Positions 36,836 to 49,842 of a stretch of DNA of 64,000 nt are shown here, one piece after another. The notes beneath the pieces were generated by a model, which was not told the origin of the DNA, made no database searches, and saw only the letters and a program-made list of their open reading frames with translations. Both the position numbers and the translations under genes were made by a program. Each line of letters opens with the position of its first letter. Position 1 is the stretch's first letter. This DNA comes from Felis catus (Eukaryota): positions 181,352,001 through 181,416,000 of the forward strand of contig NC_058368.1 of the NCBI RefSeq assembly GCF_018350175.1, read 5' to 3'.

Positions 36836-39800
36836 ACACCACATGCTCCTTCGTAGAAATACCATATGATCCAATAATTCTACTACTGGGAATTTACCCA
36901 AAGAAAATGTAATCAGGAATTTTAAAAAAGATATGCACCCCTATGTTTATTGCAGCAGTATTTATAGTAGCCACGACATGGAAACTACCTAAATATCCAC
37001 CAATAGATTGGTGTATTTTCTTTATTTTAACTGGATTTTCACCAATGACTGCTTTTGTCTTTCAAAAAACACATTTTTGCTTTTCTGATTCTGTATGTTT
37101 TTTAGTTTATTACCTTCTACCCTTATATATACAAATTATTCTTCTCCCCTCTTTTGAGTTTATTCAATGATTCTTTTCCATATCTTTAAAATTTGAATCT
37201 TTACATCATCAGTATTCAGCCATGCTACTTTTTTATTATGAATATTTCACACTATAAATTTTTTTAACCACCACTTTTACTATATTTGTCAACTTTTGAT
37301 TCATAGCATTTTCATTGTTGTTTAGATATAAATATTTTTCATGTCTATTGCACCCATTTATTAAGTTTCCAAATGTGATATGTCATATATATTTCTGTTT
37401 TTGACTTCTAATTTAATTCTGTTTGCCTAGAGAGCAAAATTTTTATGTTACTAAACCTTTGAATAATTTTGAAACTTGTTCTATAAACTTTACAAGTATT
37501 TTCTATGTATCTAAGAAGAACACATGTTCTAATTACTGAGTGCAAGGTTCTATATCTGTCAATTCAACTAAATTATTAATCATGTGTTCAATTCTTCTAT
37601 TCGGTAGTAATTCTTCTCTATGATTTGCTGTTTGCTTGTCTTATCAATAAATGAAAGATGTATGATAAAATTTCATACAATAATTGGTGTTTCTTCCCAT
37701 AGTTGTATCACTATCAGCTATTTGTCTATTTAAGGCTCCATTATGTATATAGGTTTAGAATTATTACAGATTTCTGATAGATTGAATATTTTATCATTAA
37801 TATACAGTGACTATCTCTAATAAACATTCTTGAAATAATATCTGATTTTAATATCAATTATATTTTAAAATGAATTTGTCCATTTCATCCAAATTACTAT
37901 AGTTTATGACAATACCTATGAATATATGTAGGATCCATAACAATATCCCTTATTTAATTCTTGATTTGGAGTATTTGTGTATTTTCTCTTTTATCTTGAT
38001 CATTCTTGCTAGGGATTTATCAATTTTATCAGTTTTTCAAAGGACCAGCTTTTGTATTCAGTATTTTCTTTTATTGTTTATTTTCTGTTTCTTTGATTTT
38101 TGCCCTTGATTATTTTTCTTTACTTAAGTTCAGGTTTTATTTGCCCATTCTTTTCTAGACTCTTGAGGTAGAAATATAGATCACTGACTTAAAAACAATA
38201 TTTCTTAAATAAACAAGCAAGCCTATATACTTTCCCTATTCACCTGCATCCCACAAATTTGAATATGTTGTACATTATCATTAAATTCCAAATATTTTTT
38301 AGTTTCTCTTGTACGTCTTTCACACATGGGTTACTTAGAAGTGTGTAATTTTATTTCCACATATCTGGATTTGTCGAGATTTCTTTTATTGATTTCTCAC
38401 TTAAGTACTTGATGGACAGAGAACAGATTCTCCAAAATTTCCTCTTGAAAGTCATTGAAACTTACTTTGTAGCTCAGAATATAGTATATGTTGCTGAATG
38501 TTTCACTGTAAGATAAAGTATATTTACAGTTTTTTGTAGTGTTCTATAAACGTCTATTTGGTTGAGAGGAATAACAGTGTTGTTCTATAGACCTTTACTA
38601 ATAATTTTGGTATAGTTCTTCAATTAGTTACTGAGGAAAAGATTGAATCTGTAAGGAAGTATGTTTTTTTCTTTATACTTCTGTCAATTTTCCCTCCATT
38701 GCTTCCTCCCCCTCCTGTACCTCTCCCTCTTGTCTTTTTGAAACTCTTATTAGACACATATATTTTTACCTCTCCAGGGTGAATTAACACTTTTATCAAT
38801 TTCAAATATCCACCTTTTTCTTTTGTAATACTTCTTGTATTAAAGCCTATTTTCCTGATATAAAATAGTCAAGCCAGCTTTCTTAAGTTTACTGTATGCA
38901 GTAAACATATCATACATCTATTTCTGTTCCTTTACTTTCAACTTCTCTGTGTCTGTATTTAAAGATATGTTTTTGTGGACAGCATGTATTTGGGACTTGG
39001 TATTTATCTGAGAATCTTTTCCTTTTAATTGGTGGTACAGCCCATTTATATTCATGTAATTATTGATATGGCTGGATGTAGTTTCATCATTCTGCTGTGT
39101 TTTTCCTATCTGTCCCTTTTTTGGTCATTCCTTTCTACTTTCTGTCATTTTCTTTCCTAGCTTCACTTGAGTTAATATTTTTTTTAAAAATTCATTTTAG
39201 TTTTTCTATTGATTTTTAAGCTATCTCCTCACATTATTACTTAGTGGTTACTTTAGGGATTACAATATGTATGCTAGGTCAGTCTATTCTGAATTCTGAT
39301 CTTATATGCTGTTCCTTCAACTTCTGTGAATTCATAATTCCTTTATTCTAAAAATTTCTCAGCCATGGCCTCTTAAATATTTACTCACTTGTATACTCTT
39401 CATTCTCTTCACTAATTAAACTAAGTATTATCCTCCTTCTCTCTACATGTCTCTATTATATTTTTTAATCTCTTTTCTTTCTGTGCTGTTTGTTGCTAAT
39501 TTCTTCTTGCTATTTTTTCCAGTTGACTAATTCTCTCTTTAATTGTGCCTGATCTCATATTTGCTGTATGAACTCAACTATTATTTCAAAAATTATGTAT
39601 TTCATTTATAAAACTTATATAGCTTTTTAAGTATTTCTGTTCAGTTTTTCTATTATCTTCTTATTTGCTAATTTGCATATTATACATAGTTAAAAGTATG
39701 GATCTAACAAATCATGTTTTAGAACTTCAAAGATCAAAACTGGTTGTTAATTGATTTGCTTGCTCTTAATCATGAAGGTCTGTTTTCATATGAAATTAAG

Positions 39801-39900
39801 TATATTTATTTTAACTGACATTGGTTTAATTTTCAGAATTCATAAGGGCCTCAAATGAAGATTTTTTCCTTCCTGAAAAATTTGCATTTGCTTCTCTCTA
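36100..39900 (-). mobile_element. Cluster of ancient LINE-1 ORF2/ORF1 relics (at least two copies)
   Basis: T-rich antisense L1 sequence. The same ORF2 region appears twice (36170-37860 and 37870-39270, e.g. ttgctagggatttatcaattttatcagtttttcaaaggaccagctttt), and ORF1-like sequence follows 39290. Confidence 0.75.
36312..37008 (-). mobile_element. 5'-inverted carnivore LINE-1 (L1_Carn-like) nested in older L1
   Basis: 36312-~36852 is the 3' end on the minus strand, with (TG)n at 36791-36832. ~36853-37008 is on the plus strand: tagaaataccatatgatccaataattctactactggg...atgtttattgcagcagtatttatagtagcc (MFIAAVFIVATTWKLPKYP). Confidence 0.9.
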
Positions 39901-40174
39901 AGACATGTGGTACTATTATCACATACCTCTTTCAGGATTTGGTTAATGGAGGAATCTTAGTTTCATGTCCTCCTTCTTGTTCTAAGTCCAAGGTCCAATC
40001 TCCTAAATGCAGGTCTGATATCAGTGCTTGCTCTCAGTGAAGACCCACCATGAGCATGCAGTTCAATCTTCAGATTTCTGGTTTTAGCTCATTTTTTATT
40101 TTTATTTTGTTTTCATTTAGCTGCTTGGAGATTTATCTTATTTACTGTGAGGACTATATTATTGTTGTTTGGAT

Positions 40175-40352
40175 CAGGCTACTTAATATTCCTATGTTTC
40201 AATTATCTCCGTTATAAAATGGAGGAAATTATAGCACTGCTTGCCTCATATGGTCATTGTGTCAATGACACAATGGAATATTTAGAATATTCCAGAATAA
40301 AATCAAAAGTCAATAAATATTACCTATTATTATTATTACTATTATTACATTA
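40175..40352 (+). mobile_element. MIR SINE with (TAT)n tail
   Basis: ctccgttataaaatggaggaaattatagcactgcttgcctcatatggtcattgtg...gtcaataaatattacctattattatt. Confidence 0.75.
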
Positions 40353-42185
40353 CTAGTAAGTATAAAAATATGAAATGATGGGCATGATTCCCTTTAAAAA
40401 TTGTTTCTACCTCTATACAAACAGAATACTCTCCCAGTTAAACGGCATATATTTAGATATATTTAATGTTTATTCCATTAAGTAATATAACATTCTGCTT
40501 TTGTAAAGGAAAACAGACAATACTTGCTATGTCAGTAGAGAAGCTACCAACATTAATTGAAATTTTGACAAAGACATGACATTTGCATTCTCAGCATTCA
40601 TGAAGGTCCCTGTCTCCATCATGCACTTTGTTTTGAAAACATTTTGACTTTCCCATCACTGAAGGATTATTCTAGATCTCAAGAGTTAATTAACTCATCT
40701 ACAGTCTGACATCTAATGAGATAGATAGATTGCAGTCTACCACCAGGTGAATATATGTATAGCAGACATTTTGCTTCAGTAACTAATCAGAGTCTACTCT
40801 GTAACCACAAATATTGGGGAGAAATGTTAATGATATACTCTTGTTTGTAAATCAATTCCTTTAAATCAACTGCTTCATTACCAATTACGATTTCGATACT
40901 TGTCTAAAACCATGTTAAGCATCCCACCACAGAGCTTGTAGAGAATGGCAAGACCATAGTTTCCTAGTGCCTGTTAGCATCATTAAACAGGGAGAGGATA
41001 ATTGAAACTGAATCAAGAGTATTCTTTTTCTTCCTTTCCCACCTTGCTTCCTGTGTTCCAAACACATGTTGTAGGTTACAAGTACATGTAAAGCCTTAAT
41101 TACATTTAGCATCTGGCAGCTGTTGACTTACAGAGAGTTGTTGAGTCACATAAACTCAAAGTCAAAAGGAAATTCAGGAATAGAAGGCAGAAGCTTGCTC
41201 AGTGGAGTAAAAAAAATCTTATGTTATCACAGCTGAAATACTCTAACCATCAGCACTATTATGTTCATGGTGTGAGTGGGTGACGCTGTAACTAATCAGT
41301 TTCAGCAATACCAGAGACTAACTTGCCACTAAAATACATCATTCCCAATGTAGTTAGAGCCATCAACCAAAGGACCTTATAAGCATCGCTTTTAATACGA
41401 GATGGATTCACGCAATGGAGACAACAGCTTTACAAGGATTTCAGCATATCTAGAGGCATCATCAACTGATGACTTTTTTTAAAAAAAGATCTTCCAACCA
41501 CTCAAAAGTGTCACCAAAGTTAGATGTGCCAAGTAATTTAGTTCATATACTGTTTATTTGGGGAAGAAATAAGTCTCTTGAGAATTAGCAATAAGAGATA
41601 GAAACCTTTAATACTGGACACCATTTGCCACACATTGGCAATTGTATGAGTAGAGAATTATCAGAAATAACAGGTGTGGTCTTAAGAGAGATAGTCCTCA
41701 AAATGTAAATGTCAAGTTACAGAAGCATAATAAGAAAAATATAATGAGTGCTATATATTGTTTTTAGACACATATATACTAACAAGATAAATTTGGACTA
41801 AAAAAACATACACCAAATTCTTCATAGCAATTATTTCAGAGAAGAATGCAATGGGGGGGGGGTGAATAGAGGGAGGAAGAGGATTTGAAACAAATTTCAC
41901 AAAATATTAACACTTGTTAATTGCAAGGGATGAGTGTTTATTGTCTGTACTTTTCTGTGATTTAAAGGCTTTTCTCCCCCCCTAAAAATTAAAAGAATCT
42001 AAACATATAAGTCTTGGACCAGTCTACTTATATCCCATTATTAAACATATTTACAAATCACATTTTTTTCTATTAAGTCATATCATTCAAAATTTTCATG
42101 GTTACATTTTGAAATAAACTACAAAGAAAAGCCTCTACTTGCATGCCAGGAATAAAGTTATGAAGCAAAAGGAAATGAAACCAAT

Positions 42186-42753
42186 GGATAAGTAAACTGT
42201 GGTACATCCATACAATGGAACATTTTCAGGAATAAGAAGAAGTAAGCCATCAAACTGTGAAAAGACATAAGGGAAAGTTAAATGTATATTACTAAGTAAA
42301 AAAAGCCAATCTGAAAAGTCTATATACTGTGTGATTCCAACTGTATGACAGTCTAGAAAAGGCAAAACCATGGAGACCATAAAAAGATCAGTGGTTGCCA
42401 AGGATTGAGCAGGGAAAGATGAATATGTGGGGCACAGACAACTTTTAGGGCAGTGAAAATACACTGCATGATATTGTAATAATGGACACGTCATTTTACA
42501 TTTGTCCAAACCTATAGCATTTATCGCATCAAAACAGAACTTTAAACTATCAACTTTAGGTGATAAAGATGTATCATTGTAGGTTCATCAATTGCAACAG
42601 ATGTTTATTACTCTGGTGGAGAATGTTAATAATGGAGGATGCTATGCGTGTTGGGGGGGGTGGAGGGAGAAGGTATATGGTAAGTCTGTTCCTTCCAGTC
42701 AATTTTGCTGTAAACCTAGAATTGCTCTAAGAAAATAGTCTTAATTTTTTTTA
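42186..42753 (+). mobile_element. LINE-1 3' end (L1MC1-like)
   Basis: ggataagtaaactgtggtacatccatacaatgg...aagccaatctgaaaagtctatatactgt...ggcaaaaccatggagacc...ttttgctgtaaacctagaattgctctaa. Degenerate TSD aaggaaatgaaaccaat / aagtaaatgcaaccaaat. Confidence 0.9.
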
Positions 42754-42864
42754 AAGAAGTAAATGCAACCAAATCATTATATGACAGATATATAAACTCA
42801 TGTACTTTTCTTCCTAGGAGAAAGACTCCAGATCTGTGTGTTTTAAAAATACATCAGAAACACA

Positions 42865-42995
42865 TAATCTAGAACTTGAATCCCTATTCCACCTACTTAT
42901 GGTTTAATGATGTCCAAGTTAATTCCCTGACCCCTGATCTTCAGTCTCCACATCTATAAAATAGGTTTAATAATATCTATATTCATAAGGCTATG
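42865..42995 (+). mobile_element. MIR fragment
   Basis: ttgaatccctattccacctactta...caagttaattccctgacc...cagtctccacatctataaaataggtttaataatatcta. Confidence 0.65.
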
Positions 42996-43093
42996 GAGAC
43001 AGCTAACTCCGTGGGAGCAAACACAAGAATACATGAGAGGGGACATAAACATAAAAGAAGAAAATCTAGCAAGTAGAACAAAGATAAAGAGCC

Positions 43094-45130
43094 TCATTCA
43101 TTCATTCATTCATTCATTCATTCATTCATTTGATCACTATATATAAAGTGCTTACTAGCTGCTAAATCTTGTTCTAAAGCCTTGGGATATATCGGCAAAC
43201 AGAAGAGATATGTATCTCTGTCCTTATGAAGCTTATATTTTGGCTGGGACAAATAGAAAATAAACAGTTGACATTATGAATAAGTTAAGTGGGGGCCCCT
43301 GGGTGGCTCAGTTGGTTAAGCAACCGACTTGGGCTCAGGTCATGCTCTCGCTACCTGTGGGTTTGAGCCCCGCATCGGGCTCTGTGCTGACAGCTCAGAG
43401 CCTGGAGCCTGCTTCAGACTCTGTGTCACCCTCTCTCTCTCTGCCACTCCCCCACTCATGCTTTAAAGATAAAACATTAAAAAAAAAAAAGAATATGTCA
43501 AGTGTGTAGTGTCTTCAAAGGCGTTAAGTGCTATGAAAAGAAAACACAGAAAGTAGAGTGGTGAAAGTCTTTTGTATTTTGAATAATTTGATCTGGTAAG
43601 GCCTCATTGAGAAGACGACATTTACACAAAGACTTGAAGAACTTGAGAGAGTCAGTCTTTCCGATACCTGGGGCAAAAAGGAAACCATCAGTGTAAAGGG
43701 CCCAGGCAGGAATGTGCTGGTAAGTCCCAGGAGTAGCAAGAGGAACTCTGTGGCTGGAAGGCAGTGAGCAAAGGCGCCATCTTATAAGAAGGGGTCAGAG
43801 GGTTAAGGACAGCTGAGCCCCAAAGGGTTTGGGAAGTGATATTAAGGACATTTATTTTTACTAAGGACATTTATCATTTGGGGGGAGAGAGGTGATTTGT
43901 CCAATTTTCATTGTTAAAGAATTGCTCTACTAGGTTAGAATACTTAAGGAGGGGAACAAGAACAGAATCAAAGGGACCACCAGAATGCATTTGTGAGAGA
44001 CGATCACAGCTCACTCCAGGTGCAAGAAGCAGAACGGTGGGCAGGGCGGGATTTCCTAATGGACTGCATGTAGGATATGGTAGAGAGAAGTTGAAAGTGA
44101 CAATATTTTTGAACTGAAAATCAGAAGGATGGAGTTGCCATTAATTGTGATGAGGAAGACACACACAGAGAACAAGTTTTAATCCTGAGTATCTGAGTTT
44201 GAAATGTGTATAGTGCATACAAATTGAGATGCTGGGTAGGTAGCTGAATATGTAAAATATATAGATATTTGAATGATACAGATTTGGGAGTCATTGGCTT
44301 GTACATGCTGTTTAGTGCCATGGAGCTGGACAATAATATCACAGTGTGAAATAACTATACTTAGAAATAAAAAAGAATAAAGGACTGAACACTGAGTCAG
44401 TTTTACATTCAGAGTCTGGAGCAAAGAGGAGGAAGCAATAAAGGATTATGAAAATGAACAACCGGTGCTGTAGGAGGAAAGCCACAAGCATATGCCAGAA
44501 TAGAATCTAAGTAATGAAAGCGTATCAAAGAGGAAGAGGTAATTAACTGTTTCAAGCACTACTGATAGATCGTTATGAGAACTGAGAATGTGGCATGATG
44601 ATACAGAAACATGGTAATCATTGGTGACATTGTCAAAATAAAAGCAAAAAAACAACAAAAAAAACAACCAAACAAAAACAACCAAAAAAAAAAAAACACA
44701 AATAAAACCAAAACCAAAAAAGAAAAAAAAAGTTATGTGGAGGGGTACATGTGATAATCTTATTGGATTGTGTTTATAAGAAAATAGGGGAGAAGAATCA
44801 GTGGCAATAAGATAGACACATCTTCTGAGATGTGCTACAATAAGGAGTGAAGGAATATGGTGGTAGCTGCTGGGAAAAGTGGGTGAATAGAAGCTGGGGA
44901 AAGTCTCAGCATGTTTGTGTGCTGGTGGGAGTGGAAGGATAGTTCATTTAGGAAAGAGAGGTGGGAGAATTCTTGAAGCAACATTCTTGAGTAGACCAGT
45001 GGGAATCTGATCTTCCACAGAAGTGGGGGTTTCACCTGGGATAAGAGTAGAGATTGTTCATTTATAGTGACAGGCAGAAAGCCAGAGCATGTGCACACAG
45101 ATGGTGGGAGTGGGTGGATGGTTGATATGG
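43094..45130 (-). mobile_element. Long L2 (L2a-like), about 1.8 kb, with (CATT)n tail
   Basis: (catt)n at 43094-43130, then gcctcattgagaagacgacatttacacaaagacttgaag...agaaggatggagttgccattaattg...agatttgggagtcattggc. Confidence 0.88.
43291..43490 (+). mobile_element. Feline CAN-SINE nested in L2
   Basis: gggggcccctgggtggctcagttggttaagcaaccgact...ctgacagctcagagcctggagcctgcttc. TSD gaataagttaagt / gaatatgtcaagt. Confidence 0.95.
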
Positions 45131-45716
45131 ATTTGACAGTTTTCCTTTGAGGATGGGGAGGAGGTGCTCGGGGTTAAGGAGAGAGGAGAGGAGATGAAGC
45201 TGCCATCTAAGAAGCAAGAGACAAGGCACAGATCAGACAGTATGTACAACTGCAGAGCAGAATTAAGGTACCACTTGAAATTTAATAAACTTCAAAAACT
45301 TCGGGAGCAAATTTATTACAGTGCACATGTAACAATGAACTCATCATTCACTAGGGCTGCTTTGATTCATATAAAAATTAAATTATGGTGACTATATTCA
45401 GTCCTTAAAAATGAGAAAATATTAAATGCAATGTAAAAACACTGTTCTTAAAATGAATGGTTCTTACGTGATGGGGAAAAGTAAAGCAATTAGGGTGATG
45501 TGTTATATGCGGCCCATATTATCCCTTAAAGGGTAAGTGGTAACTATAAATTCTGAATCCACAGAAATTAATTCATATTATATTGCAAACTTCTACTTTT
45601 CATCAGATGGTTGTACCTTTTTTTCTGACAAGAAAGCTTTCTCTCAAAACATTGAAATTCACTTTTTTAGATCCATGAATGAATGTAACAAAAAGGCATG
45701 TTAATTTCAAACGACC

Positions 45717-45979
45717 CAGGGCCAGCTTATACAGTAGGCACAGTAGACACAGTCACTAGAGGCCATAATACCTTTAGGGGCCCACAAAAATTGTTTAATT
45801 TCTTTTAAAATCAGGAAAAAACAACCTTTAGCTTGCAGAAAATGTTCTTATCTTTAACAGTAATATGTTGGTCTTTATATTACGTAGTTGTAAACTACAA
45901 TATTAAATATTTTTCAGGGAGGAAGAGGCCAACAAAGGCAGAAATACGCAAGGCCCAAGAAAGCCATGGTGCAGCCCTG
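45717..45979 (+). mobile_element. Non-autonomous hAT DNA transposon (ORSL-like, hAT-Tip100)
   Basis: Terminal inverted repeats CAGGGCCAGC...GCAGCCCTG. The internal taggcacagtagacacagt...tttaggggcccacaaaaattgtttaatttcttttaaaatcag matches the ORSL consensus as recalled. Confidence 0.8.
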
Positions 45980-47921
45980 CCCCCTCCATGAAATCCTTAC
46001 ACATAGGGAAGGCCAATATCACAATGAACCAAAACACCAACCTCCTCAAAGGATTTTAAAAAGAAATGTGGATTGTGCTCTAATAGCGTTATCATCCTGA
46101 AACGCACAAAGAACATCTTCCCCTGCACAGACATCAAATGCTCTGGCCACTTGGCTGTTTTAGAGGCACAGAAAAAGTGCCTGGTCTTCATTTTCAGGTG
46201 TTCTGGCAAAGATACACCCAGAGTTAATATCATCCTGCCTCTTGTAATTAGTGGAACAACTGTTTAGCCATTACTGACAATTTCCTTGGCGATCCTCATT
46301 TTCCCAAGATGTGTCCCAGAATCCAGTGACTGTACCACGTCTCTCTTCTATTTGGTATTCAGAGAGCACATTTATTGAAGATTTTCAAAGCTAACTGCCT
46401 TAGGATTCCACATCATCCGTGGTAAGTTTGCAAGAATTACCTCCCCTGAGCAGCAGAAAAGCAGGGAGGTTCCTGAGCTTTCCAGAAATCACAAAGTGTG
46501 TCTCTGACAGAGCCGAAAACTGAGATGCATCTGTCTTGCCTCTCCCTGCCTTTTTGTTTTTTGTTTTTTAAATCAGGGGTCACTCCTGGTAGACTGCTTC
46601 CTTTTTAGAAAGTCAACTTTTCCCAGCAAAACTGCTACTTCTCTGGAATGATGGGCAATGAAATCCAAAGGGACACTTAATTGTCCTCTATTGAGATGTT
46701 TCTCTTTGCTGAGGTTTTTCCAGGTGCTTTATGAAAAACATTTGCACTACCTGGCACTTTGTGAGCCTTCATCTGAAAAAGAATCTTTCGCTTATTAAGA
46801 CAGCTTCACTTTCAAAGGGGACATCCGTTTTGTTTGCTTGCTCACAGGCCGTGAACAGGCCACCAGGGAAACTGCCGCTTCTCTGGTGGAAGTCCCACAT
46901 GCCTATGTCACAAGGGGTTAGGAGCCTCATTAATTCCTGGGCTCTCATTTCAGGTTGTTTAGGGATCAGCAGCAGATTATTATTTCAAACACTTATTTCT
47001 TGCTTCAATTTCCTCTCTCTTAGAATTGGCTCCAAATCATTTTCTCTTGTGTACAGTGTGCTCAATCTCCATTCGGATAAGAAAATCAAAATAGTCCTTT
47101 CAGAAAACCTATCCATCAGCATTATCAGGAACACACCCCACAAAGGCTTTGGTTGACGTGCCTGCATATCTGGCAGGTTTTATGCTTCTTGGTACTTCAG
47201 TCTCCCTCAGAATCATTGTCATTATGTGGCTCACACAGACCCAAGGGCACCCAGCGTTTGTGTTTCAAACTGATTAGTTCAATTCAGTTCCACAAAGAGA
47301 CAAAAGGGTATGCTAGGGACCAACCAAGGATAGAGAGACAGAAAACCTGTGTCCCTGCTTTTGGGGGATCTCCAATAGGCTAACAAGTAAGACACACACA
47401 CAATTACAGTATCCTGTTGTGTTCCTGGTAAATTTATTTTTTACTCTACCTACATTGGTGGGTGTGGGAAGGCAGATGCAGCGGGGGAAGTAACTATTTC
47501 TTTTTTCTCCAGAAAACCTGATTCTGAGTGGCAAACATATAATCTTGGGTAAGCCCCTTAATCCCTTGACTTCTCAGGTTTTCTTTGAAAATAAAAGGAT
47601 GGGATCAGAAGGGTTGGCATCCTTCATTCAGTCACTCAACAAACATTTATGGCTTAATATTTACCAAGTGTGTAGTTGGTATTAAGACTGGTTATAAACA
47701 CATTACATATAAAATCTCATATAATCCTCAGAACAAAGCTAGGAGGAAGGCATTAGGCTCAAAAGAAAGAAATAACATTTCTAACTAAGGCCATGTGATG
47801 ATGAGGTAGAAAAGCCCTGATTTATGCATTTCTATTTTTGGCTCCAAAGCCTGGGTGCTTTCTCACATGTCATGCTTTCTAGTTGAATCTAAAGACTTTC
47901 AGCCTTAAATTTCTTTGACGA

Positions 47922-48113
47922 GGGGCACCTGGGTGGCTCAGTCGGTTCAGCATCTGACTTCAGCTCAGGTCATGATCTCATGGTTCATGTTCCTGAGCTC
48001 ACTGCTGTCAGTGTGGAGCCCGCTTCATATCCTCTGCACCTCTCTCTCTCTCTCTCTCTCTCTCTGCCTCTACCCTGCTCACTCTCTCTCTCAAAAATAA
48101 ATAAGCATTTAAA
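47922..48113 (+). mobile_element. Feline CAN-SINE with internal deletion
   Basis: ggggcacctgggtggctcagtcggttcagcatctgacttcagctcaggtcatgatctc. TSD aatttctttga / aatttccttga. Confidence 0.93.
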
Positions 48114-48676
48114 GAATTTCCTTGATTATGTAGTATTTCTAGTGAAAGTCTAGTCATCAGTCACTTTTCCAAATTAGGATACTAAGAGGTGGGGAGTGGG
48201 AGATGGGGCTCTTGGAAGAATCTGTAGAAAAAAGGCAAAACAGGAAAGTAATTATTTTATAAGAGAATGGCTTATGAATTCCTACAGTTTATGTTCACCC
48301 AACTGCTCAGATCAATTAAATACTATATAGATTATAAAAGTGAATTATTTCTTTTAACACCCATTTTGTTGGAAATACATGAGACAGAAGCACAGACATA
48401 AGGGATCCAGTGTAAGGAAGTAGAGAATTGAGCATCCCTTGGTCATAGTGACTGACTGATATGTGACAATAACATTGGCTTGTTGACTTGTCAGCCTCGC
48501 TCAACACACCAGATCCTCCTCAGCAACACTGACTGATGCTTACTACCACAAAGGCAGGATGTAGTGTATTAGCTGCTCAACGAACATTTGTTGAGTTAAT
48601 GAATTAAATGAAGTTAGAGAGATAAAAGACAGAGAAAATGTACCAGTGTCATTCATTAAGAATGTATATTTTATCT

Positions 48677-49569
48677 GCAAAAAGTGAAAGCTTGACCTCA
48701 TCTTTGCCAACTTTGATGCCTTTGATTTCCTTTTTTGTCTGATTGCTGATGCTGGAACTTCCAACACCATGCTGAACAACAGTGGTGAGAGTGGACATAC
48801 CTGTCGGGTTCCTGATCTCTGGGGGAAAGCTCTCAGTTTCTCCCCACTGAGGATGATATTATGTGTGGGCTTTTTATAAATGGCTTTTATGATGTTTAAG
48901 TATGTTCCTTCTATCCCGACTTTCTTGAGGGTTTTTATTAAGAAAGGATGCTGAATTTTGTCAAATACTTTTTCTGCATCGATTGATAGGATCATACGGT
49001 TCTTTTCTTTTCTTTCATTAATGTGATGTATCACATTGATTGGTTTGCAAATGTTGAACCAGCCCTGCAGCCCAGGAATAAATCCCACTTGATCATGGTG
49101 ATCTTGTACCCCAATGTTTATAGCAGCACTTTCAACAATAGCCAAATTATGGAAAGAGCCTAAATGTCCATCAACTGATGAATAGATAAAGAAATTGTGA
49201 TTTATATACACAATGGAATACTACATGGCAATGAGAAAGAATGAAATACGGCCTTTTGTAGCAACGTGGATGGAACTGGAGAGTGTTAGCTAAGTGAAAT
49301 AAGTCATACAGAGAAAGACAGATACCATGTGTTTTCACTTACGTGGATCCTGAGAATCTTAACAGAAGACCATGGGAGAGGGGAAGGAAAAAAAAAGAGA
49401 GGGAGGGAGCAAAACTATAAGAAACTCTCAAAAACTGAGAATAAACTGAGGGTTGATGGGGGGTGGGAAGGAGGGGAGGGTGGGTGATGGTCATTGAGGA
49501 GGGCATCTGTTAGTATGAGAACTGGGTGTTGTATAGAAACCAATTTGACAATAAATTTCATATTAAAAA
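48677..49569 (+). mobile_element. Young feline LINE-1, 5'-truncated and inverted, perfect 16-bp TSD
   Basis: 48677-49101 is antisense RT ([19 protein letters not shown]...[22 protein letters not shown]...[13 protein letters not shown]); 49103-49569 is the sense 3' end. TSD aatgtatattttatct at 48661-48676 and 49570-49585. Confidence 0.96.
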
Positions 49570-49743
49570 AATGTATATTTTATCTTATTCTCTGCAACCC
49601 TTTCTTCATTGTCCCTGACATTTCTACCTATTTTATAAATCTTAAAATACATATGGAGCACTAACACAGATAAAATATGTAAAACAGCTTTCTGTTTAGT
49701 GCTTTCAACATCTTGGCAGTGCTATGTTTATAATCGTTCTGAG

Positions 49744-49842
49744 AATTATATCTTTATATATATAATTATATCTTTATATAAATAAATATATATATACATA
49801 TATATACGTATATATATATGTATATATATATTTACATATATA
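49744..49842. repeat. (TA)n-rich low-complexity tract with tandem duplication
   Basis: aattatatctttatata occurs twice, followed by interrupted (TA)n. Confidence 0.9.

Noticed and set aside
48543..49211. 222-aa ORF with reverse-transcriptase similarity, the longest in the window
   Set aside because: It is a chimera across the L1 inversion junction: antisense 3' end, then a partial RT that frameshifts before FADD, then flank. Not a gene or a novel RT system.
49450..49484. G-quadruplex-like G-run cluster
   Set aside because: It is the well-known G-rich tract of the L1 3' UTR.
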